From Desulfobacterales bacterium (GTDB lineage: Bacteria > Desulfobacterota > Desulfobacteria > Desulfobacterales > UBA5616), in contig JAWODC010000003.1 in the NCBI GenBank assembly GCA_046483495.1, forward strand, positions 1 through 10,680: 10,680 bases of DNA, read 5' to 3'. The position numbers and the translations under genes are program-made. Below are positions 1 to 5,551 of the stretch, piece after piece (positions within the stretch are counted from its first letter, which is position 1; each line of letters opens with the position of its first letter). Under the pieces are notes generated by a model. That model saw only the letters and a program-made list of their open reading frames with translations. It was not told where the DNA came from and searched no databases.

Positions 1-33
1 TGCAGTATCTACCGGAAACAGTTTATTCACGAG

Positions 34-250
34 GTCTTCAGAAAAAATGCCAAACCCCGGGCGACCGGGGGACGGAATGCCAAAGGGTCTGCCGACAAGT
101 TGAATAGTTGATTTGAGAATTTGGAATATCGACAAATTATTCGTGAGATAAAAATGAAAAAATTGATACTTATCTACATTTTGTCCTATTCAACCATTCA
201 GAAAGTTAACTATTTGACCAAATCACCAGATCGCCGGGCTGCCTGGGGAC
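34..250 (+). ncRNA. GEMM-I / cyclic di-GMP-I-type riboswitch aptamer with a greatly enlarged P3 loop
   Basis: P1 GTCTTCAG (34-41) pairs with CTGGGGAC (243-250), including two G-U pairs. P2 is GCCAAA-CCCCGG-GCGA(GNRA loop)-CCGGGG-GACGGAA (49-77), matching the GGCAAACC..GNRA..GGGACGCAAA consensus with a compensatory C/G swap. P3 GGTCTG (86-91) pairs with CAGATC (227-232), followed by GCCGGGCTGCC (233-243), which resembles the consensus 3' end. It lies just upstream of the RBS of the first gene. Confidence 0.82.
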
Positions 251-267
251 AAAACAACTTAACTATT

Positions 268-274
268 AGGAGGT
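268..274 (+). promoter_or_regulatory. Shine-Dalgarno site of the PEP-CTERM gene
   Basis: AGGAGGT, 7 nt before the ATG at 282. Confidence 0.85.
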
Positions 275-281
275 AAACGAA

Positions 282-1010
282 ATGAAGAAGCTTTTTGTGA
301 TCTTAACGGTCATTGCTGTTGTGGCATTCGGCAGCAATGCCATGGCCGCTTTTGAATATGGAAATCTTCAGCTGGTAGCATATGAGGGAGAACCATTTGA
401 GGCCACAGGAAACGAGGCTCATTTTGACCTGGGCGTTGGTCTGGATACAACCATAAGCTACTCAAACCTGGATACCGAAATATCTCTTTCCGATTTCGGC
501 GCAGCCAGTTGGGGTGACATCAAAGTCGGTGTTTTTGGTGGTGGACGAGATCCGGATTATATTGATGTACCTGCGTTATTTGCCTCTGATACAACTGATT
601 TCTCAATGGGCAACCCCTTTGCCGGGTATCAAGACGCTATTTTGTTAAATTCTTATGATGATCCAGGCATAAGTGGCACCAATCGAAAAGAAGTTCTTAG
701 CAAAGCCGATGGTCCCTATCACAACTGGATGAACGGCGGCACGACTCCCGGCATTTATGCTGGTCTGCTGGTAAATCCCGGTTCAACTTTCGGGGCCGAG
801 GCTGTTTTGAACGAAGGCATCCTTGGTGGTTATGATCTGTACGCATTTGATCTCTTTACCCGGGAACTCACCTTGGCCGGGACTTTCACATTGGATAGCA
901 GCGGAGACAACCTGCTGGTTTCCTACAGTGCCGTGCCGATTCCGGGTGCCGCTATCCTGCTGGGCTCAGGTTTGCTGACCCTGATCGGAATCAGAAGAAG
1001 AAAAAAATGA
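282..1010 (+). CDS. Secreted PEP-CTERM/VPLPA-CTERM-type surface protein (exosortase substrate), 242 aa
   Basis: Sec signal peptide (MKKLFVILTVIAVVAFGSNAMA), acidic Gly-rich body, and a C-terminal VPIPGA motif followed by a hydrophobic helix and basic tail (VPIPGAAILLGSGLLTLIGIRRRKK). Strong RBS. Confidence 0.92.
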   Translation: MKKLFVILTVIAVVAFGSNAMAAFEYGNLQLVAYEGEPFEATGNEAHFDLGVGLDTTISYSNLDTEISLSDFGAASWGDIKVGVFGGGRDPDYIDVPALFASDTTDFSMGNPFAGYQDAILLNSYDDPGISGTNRKEVLSKADGPYHNWMNGGTTPGIYAGLLVNPGSTFGAEAVLNEGILGGYDLYAFDLFTRELTLAGTFTLDSSGDNLLVSYSAVPIPGAAILLGSGLLTLIGIRRRKK

Positions 1011-1075
1011 ATTAGGTCAGTACAATAAAACGATTTTAAAAAAAACAATGCAAAATGAAAGAATGGAGGAAAATC

Positions 1076-2548
1076 ATGAAAAAGATTTTTGCAATTGCAA
1101 TCATTGCTCTGTGCGGGATGATCGGTACGGCGTCTGCTGCCGTAATCACCCGTGATATCAACATGTGCGGTGCCTCTGCACAGGCTGATTTTTGGATCAA
1201 AGCCGGAGGTGCGGTTGTAGAGGACACTTACGATTGTCTCTCAACTGACCAGGCAACGTGTACCAAATCCGATGGCGGAGACACCTTGATCATCCGTGGA
1301 AACGATTGTGTCCTTGATGGTCCTGGTGATCCTAATCATAATGACACGATTTACGTCCAGTATAATATTTCCAACTCAGGCGGCGGCTGCAATAACTATG
1401 ATTGTCAACCCCTGGAATATTGTAAACCCGCTACTTGTAATTGGGCGGCCGGAACCTGTCCGGATATTGAAACTGCTGATTGCCAGCTGGGTTGTGCCGA
1501 TGTTCCCTGTAATACCCTTTGCGCGCCCTATACGCGTGGATGGTCAGGCGGCTATGCAGGATATGTGGCTAATCCCAGCGGAGCAACCAATTTTTATGCT
1601 CCTTGTGATCAAATAACCCCAGATCATTCATTTACCGGTGTAATCGTACCCTTTGGTTTCATCGCCAATAATGCGGTGACCCATCATGTGTGTGATTATA
1701 CCGCCGTGGAAGCCGCACTAGATGATAGACCGTTTGAAGCCCATTGGGCATACTACAAAGAGGGCTGGGAGTGCGATCCCGATGAAGATCCGGCCTTGTC
1801 TTGCCGGGGCGATTTCAAATGCCTTGATGGCGTATGCCAGGACGGAAATCAGGGTACGGCCGCTCAAAAAACATGTTCACAGGCTTGGGAATGTAAATAT
1901 GAAGATGTGGTTCCCACCTGCGTGCAGAAACCGCTGGACAACGTCAGCCGTCTGATGGTGCTGCACATTTTTTCCAATGCCGTGGACAACTGGAACGATT
2001 TCGGCCCGAGTTTCCCCGACCTCACCATCGTCAAATGCATGCGTCATGCCGGTTCCGGCACCCACCAGACACTACTTGATACCGTTGCCCGCGGTGACGT
2101 CATCATTTCACGATTTTCCGGCACTGCCAACAATATCTGGCACTACAAGAGCTCTTCAGCGCTGACCACGGACTGTGTTGATCGTTTTCCCGGCGGCATC
2201 GGCTATGTGGATGCGGACAAGGTCATGTACCGGTCCGGCATCGGCATGGGTGAGAGCCTCGGCGTCCATCAGCTGAAATACCAGGGTGTCGCTCCCAGCC
2301 GGTACGATGTTGCGTCGGGTAAATACAATTTCTGGGCCGCCCAGACCTGCTTTATGGACGACTGTGTGGAAGCTGTAGATCAGGCTCTCCTCACCGCAAT
2401 CCAGACCCAGGCTGCTGAATCGCAGTACCTCTCATTTGAAAACTTCGGCCAGAGCGCCTATTTCTGGGCGACCGAAGGTGATATGAAGGTTTATAAAAAC
2501 AATAATGATCCCAAAGACTTCCCGAGATCAAAGATTCCTCGGCCTTAA
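1076..2548 (+). CDS. Secreted cysteine-rich protein with a PstS-like periplasmic-binding-protein scaffold (about 490 aa)
   Basis: Start moved from 1055 to ATG 1076, because GGAGGA lies at 1065-1070 and a signal peptide MKKIFAIAIIALCGMIGTASA follows. PstS/PBP-like motifs: GASA near the N-terminus, LHIFSNAVDNWNDFG, RHAGSGTH, PGGIGYVD, LKYQGVAPSRYDVASGKYNFW. I count 27 Cys, 26 in the mature part; no CxxCH. Confidence 0.8.
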   Translation: MKKIFAIAIIALCGMIGTASAAVITRDINMCGASAQADFWIKAGGAVVEDTYDCLSTDQATCTKSDGGDTLIIRGNDCVLDGPGDPNHNDTIYVQYNISNSGGGCNNYDCQPLEYCKPATCNWAAGTCPDIETADCQLGCADVPCNTLCAPYTRGWSGGYAGYVANPSGATNFYAPCDQITPDHSFTGVIVPFGFIANNAVTHHVCDYTAVEAALDDRPFEAHWAYYKEGWECDPDEDPALSCRGDFKCLDGVCQDGNQGTAAQKTCSQAWECKYEDVVPTCVQKPLDNVSRLMVLHIFSNAVDNWNDFGPSFPDLTIVKCMRHAGSGTHQTLLDTVARGDVIISRFSGTANNIWHYKSSSALTTDCVDRFPGGIGYVDADKVMYRSGIGMGESLGVHQLKYQGVAPSRYDVASGKYNFWAAQTCFMDDCVEAVDQALLTAIQTQAAESQYLSFENFGQSAYFWATEGDMKVYKNNNDPKDFPRSKIPRP

Positions 2549-2607
2549 TAAGACATGCCGCAGGATTTGAACGGCTAAGAGGGCAATAAATTAGCCGTAT
2601 GGGAATG

Positions 2608-2642
2608 AATAAGTGGGCTGCTTCGGCAGCCCACTTATTTTT
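2608..2642 (+). terminator. Rho-independent terminator closing the two-gene riboswitch-controlled unit
   Basis: Perfect 14-bp stem AATAAGTGGGCTGC / GCAGCCCACTTATT with a TTCG loop and a T run. A second small hairpin ACGGCTAA (2571-2578) / TTAGCCGT (2591-2598) precedes it. Confidence 0.9.
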
Positions 2643-2712
2643 GACGGTAAAGGAAATCCTTCGATCCTTAAATCAGCCCTTAATACTGAATATGGGTCCC
2701 GTGTTCACCTCA

Positions 2713-2742
2713 TTGAAACAAAAACAAAACCTTATATAAAAT
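2713..2742 (+). promoter_or_regulatory. Possible sigma70 promoter for the FKBP gene
   Basis: TTGAAA (2713-2718), 18-nt spacer, TAAAAT (2737-2742). The region is AT-rich, so a chance match is possible. Confidence 0.3.
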
Positions 2743-2783
2743 TAACAATTTGATAGCTATAAGCCCTGTTATTGTTTATTTAT

Positions 2784-2918
2784 TGACACATTCGTAAAAA
2801 ATCCCAAATCCCGTCATGCCTGCGAAGGCAGGCATCCAGAACCATTTGACATCACTGGATTCCCGCCTTCGCGGGAATGACGCAAGAGACGTATTATCGA
2901 CTTTTTACGAGACCATCA
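2784..2918. mobile_element. MITE/REP-like palindromic element, copy 1
   Basis: Imperfect 20-bp terminal inverted repeats TGACACATTCGTAAAAAATC (2784-2803) / GACTTTTTACGAGACCATCA (2899-2918). Core double hairpin CGTCATGCCTGCGAAGGCAGGCATCCAG...CTGGATTCCCGCCTTCGCGGGAATGACG (2812-2882). TTTAT flanks both sides (2779-2783, 2919-2923). Confidence 0.75.
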
Positions 2919-2961
2919 TTTATTGGCAAGTTAGGTTGCCAGGAGATTAAAGGAATAAGGA

Positions 2962-5022
2962 GTGAAAAAAATCATGAAAAAAATTGGCGTAATTATCGTT
3001 GTGGCTATTTGCATTGCCTTATTTTTCTCATTTGCAGGCATGACTGATCATGCATCACTGGCCTCGCAAAATCCGGCGGGCAAGGGGCGCGGGCTGGAAT
3101 ATACCTGCCGGATGCAAAACGGCGATATCCTTGTCTCGACGCAAGCGGATATCGCAAATTCTTCAAAGTATCAAAAGGCCAGGGCCTTTATTTACAAAAA
3201 AGCTTACAAACCTGTGGATATCACGGCCTATGATGCCCGGGAAAAAAACGCGGCTTTGGAAGGACAGCTCAAGTTTTTGGAGGACGTGCTGATTGACAAG
3301 TTGGTTCAAGATACCAGGGAATGGAAACCCGGCGATTTCGGATCCATTCGCGTGACGGCGGAACCCCAAAATGATCTTCCCTCTAACGAGCGCAGCATTC
3401 GACTGACAAAGGTGAAAACCCATCCCAAAAACACGGTCTATGCAAAGGATATATTTACCAATTTGACGGGCGGCAATCCGGCCGTTGGCGAGACCGTGCG
3501 ATTGGATACGGGTATTACAGGAGAAGTCGTCTCCATTGAAAATGATGCGGTGAAGGTTGCCTTTGAACCCATATCCGACCAGGCAATGGAGGGCCCTTTC
3601 GGAATGGTTACGGTGAAGGATATGGGGGATAATTACGTTACCGATATCGATGCTCGGAAGGGGTCCCTGGTAAGCGTCGGGCCGGCCGTGGGGAAGATTG
3701 CAGAGGTCAGCGAAAAGAACTTCCTGGTCGATTACGCCCACCCTTTTGGGGGTGAAGCCCTTCAATGCGATGTCAAGATCGTTGCCATTGAAAAGGATAT
3801 GCAACCGCAGGAATCAAACAAACAGGCTGATTTGCATCAAAGCGATACATCGGGCGATACGCCGGGAATGCCCGCTACCGCTTCAGCAACGGGCAAATCC
3901 CCCGGGTTGTCACCAGATATCAACAAAAGCGTTCTGGTTGAAACCGGAGACCTGGTAGAGGTGGCCTATACGGCAAGGCTAAAATCCAATGGGAAATTGA
4001 TCCAGACCACCTCCGCCGACATTGCCGAAGATATTAACCAGGAAAAAATACAAAATTTCAAAGCCCCGGACATATTCGGTCCACTAACGCTCATCGCCGG
4101 AGCGCAAGAGGCTTTTCCCGGTTTGGGATATGCCGTGATGGGACTGGCGGTAGGTGAGCAAAAAGAGGTTGTCATATCTCTTGACCAGGCCTTTGGCAGC
4201 CGTAATCCAGGGCTCATTCGGAATTTTGACCGGGACAAGACCGTGCCCACCATGATCACCCTGTCGGTAAAGGAATACTCGCAAAAATACAACGGGTTCC
4301 CCATAAAGGATAAAACAATCGTCTTTAATCCCTATGTTGAGGCCCGTATTATGGATGTTGCCGAAGATAAGGTATCGCTTCAGTTGTCACCGGTGGCCGA
4401 GGAAATGGATTCCGATTTCGGATTGACCCGGATGACCGTGGAAAACGACAAGATCCACATCCATCTGACCCCTAAAATCGGTGGGTATTTTGAGCTGGAA
4501 AGGCGGCCCGGAAGGGTTGTGGCCGTCAGTGACAATCAATTTACCGTTGATTTTAACGACCCCCTGGCCGGGCAGGATATTTTGTTTGATGTAAAGATAT
4601 TAAGCTTGACCAAAGCAAATGAATTCAGCAATATGGCGATCCAATGGATAGAGGATTATGAAAAGGGCATGCAAGCCATTGAAGAAATGAAAAAGCCGGC
4701 CGTCCTGGTGCTGTATGCGGACTGGTGCGGTTACAGCAAGAAACTGTTCAATACGACCCTCCAGGACCCCCGGATCAAGATGATGAAAGATGACTTTGTC
4801 TGGGTAAAGGTGGACTCGCACGAGCAGCGTGGTCTAAAGGAATTGTACGAACAGACCGGATTTCCCATGACTGTTCTGCTGGATGCCGGGGGTAACGAAG
4901 TTGAGATAATAAAGGGCTTCCGGCCGGCGAGTGAGTTTCAGGCTGAATTAAAAAAGGCGCTCAATGGACAGGCAACCGGATCGAATTTGAAGGCCAAGCA
5001 CCAAGTGAAGCAGGGGGCCTAG
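2962..5022 (+). CDS. Exported tandem FKBP/SlyD-type peptidyl-prolyl isomerase fused to a C-terminal thioredoxin-like (CxxS) domain
   Basis: N-terminal signal/anchor. Two FKBP-like units: LEYTCRMQNG...VDYAHPFGGEALQCDVKIV, and VETGDLVEVAYTARL...FPGLGYAVMGLAVGEQKEVVISLDQAFG...VDFNDPLAGQDILFDVKIL. They are followed by KPAVLVLYADWCGYSKKL...FVWVKVD...GFPMTVLLD. The start may be GTG 2962 or ATG 2974. Confidence 0.88.
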   Translation: MKKIMKKIGVIIVVAICIALFFSFAGMTDHASLASQNPAGKGRGLEYTCRMQNGDILVSTQADIANSSKYQKARAFIYKKAYKPVDITAYDAREKNAALEGQLKFLEDVLIDKLVQDTREWKPGDFGSIRVTAEPQNDLPSNERSIRLTKVKTHPKNTVYAKDIFTNLTGGNPAVGETVRLDTGITGEVVSIENDAVKVAFEPISDQAMEGPFGMVTVKDMGDNYVTDIDARKGSLVSVGPAVGKIAEVSEKNFLVDYAHPFGGEALQCDVKIVAIEKDMQPQESNKQADLHQSDTSGDTPGMPATASATGKSPGLSPDINKSVLVETGDLVEVAYTARLKSNGKLIQTTSADIAEDINQEKIQNFKAPDIFGPLTLIAGAQEAFPGLGYAVMGLAVGEQKEVVISLDQAFGSRNPGLIRNFDRDKTVPTMITLSVKEYSQKYNGFPIKDKTIVFNPYVEARIMDVAEDKVSLQLSPVAEEMDSDFGLTRMTVENDKIHIHLTPKIGGYFELERRPGRVVAVSDNQFTVDFNDPLAGQDILFDVKILSLTKANEFSNMAIQWIEDYEKGMQAIEEMKKPAVLVLYADWCGYSKKLFNTTLQDPRIKMMKDDFVWVKVDSHEQRGLKELYEQTGFPMTVLLDAGGNEVEIIKGFRPASEFQAELKKALNGQATGSNLKAKHQVKQGA

Positions 5023-5179
5023 CACCCTTCTTCCACTGAACCTTCAGGGAAAATGGATCCGTTATCCATTTTGCGGCACGATATTGATTGAGTCATTTGC
5101 GCTTTGGAAACAACTCAAGCCCTTTGGAATTGATTGGGGGAACGCTATACATTGTTTCTCCGTTATCCGAGAAGATCTA

Positions 5180-5208
5180 TTGACTTGGATTTCCAAATTT
5201 GGTATCTG
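5180..5208 (+). promoter_or_regulatory. Possible sigma70 promoter with a palindrome in its spacer
   Basis: TTGACT (5180-5185), 17 nt, TATCTG (5203-5208), with a TG extended -10 at 5200-5201. TTGGATTTCCAA (5185-5196) is an inverted repeat in the spacer. The -10 match is weak. Confidence 0.35.
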
Positions 5209-5263
5209 TTTCCAAAAGTCTTTAAAGTAAGATTCTATTAATTTCAGAATCATGGGTACTTTG

Positions 5264-5331
5264 CTGGTCCGCCTAAGGCAGAAACCAGAGAGCCCGCAAC
5301 ATCTGATAACAGGTGAGCTGCGGGCTTTTTT
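5264..5331 (+). terminator. Two-hairpin leader element ending in an intrinsic-terminator-like stem (candidate attenuator)
   Basis: Hairpin 1 is CTGGT (5264-5268) / ACCAG (5284-5288), enclosing GCC-TAA-GGC. Hairpin 2 is AGCCCGCA (5291-5298) / TGCGGGCT (5319-5326) with inner CATCTG-ATAA-CAGGTG, followed by a T run to 5331. Confidence 0.65.
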
Positions 5332-5384
5332 ATTGAATATTCCTGGTAATGGATTGGTTTACCCTAATCAATCTGATCATAAAA

Positions 5385-5529
5385 TGATGCTTTTTTGAAA
5401 AGTTGTCACTCCGGTGAATCCCGAACAACTCCGGAGTCCAAGCCATATGTAACTATTCAAAAGGACTGGATTCCGGCTTTCGCCGGAATGACGAAAGATG
5501 GTGATTTTTGAGTTTTTTTGAAAACATGA
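5385..5529. mobile_element. MITE/REP-like palindromic element, degenerate copy 2
   Basis: Core GTCACTCCGGTGAA...CCGGAGTCCA (5405-5440) and CTGGATTCCGGCTTTCGCCGGAATGACG (5466-5493) resembles copy 1. Ends TGATGCTTTTTTGAAAAGTT and GAGTTTTTTTGAAAACATGA look like decayed versions of the copy-1 termini. Confidence 0.65.
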
Positions 5530-5551
5530 CAAATATAGGGAATCCCATTAA

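Noticed and set aside
1..5. TGCAG at the window edge as the -12 element of a sigma54 promoter, which is common for PEP-CTERM genes
   Set aside because: The -24 element would lie outside the window, so it cannot be supported.
1055..1075. Longer start (ATG 1055) for the Cys-rich gene
   Set aside because: The SD GGAGGA at 1065-1070 and the clean signal peptide favour ATG 1076.
1802..1822. CRGDFKC (Cys-flanked RGD), plus a second RGD at 2090-2098, as integrin-binding motifs
   Set aside because: Tripeptide matches arise by chance, and nothing indicates an animal host.
1076..2548. Multiheme cytochrome or Fe-S protein interpretation of the Cys-rich ORF
   Set aside because: No CxxCH or ferredoxin-type CxxCxxC motifs; the Sec-type signal favours disulfides.
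2924..2940. TGGCAAGTTAGGTTGCC as a sigma54 promoter (also CGGCACGATATTGA near 5074)
   Set aside because: GG-to-GC spacing is 11 rather than the strict 10 nt, and the second site lacks the -12 GC.
2784..5529. Palindromic repeats as CRISPR repeats or as ends of a composite transposon around the FKBP gene
   Set aside because: Only two diverged copies 2.6 kb apart, with no repeat-spacer periodicity, no cas or transposase gene, and no shared outer target duplication.
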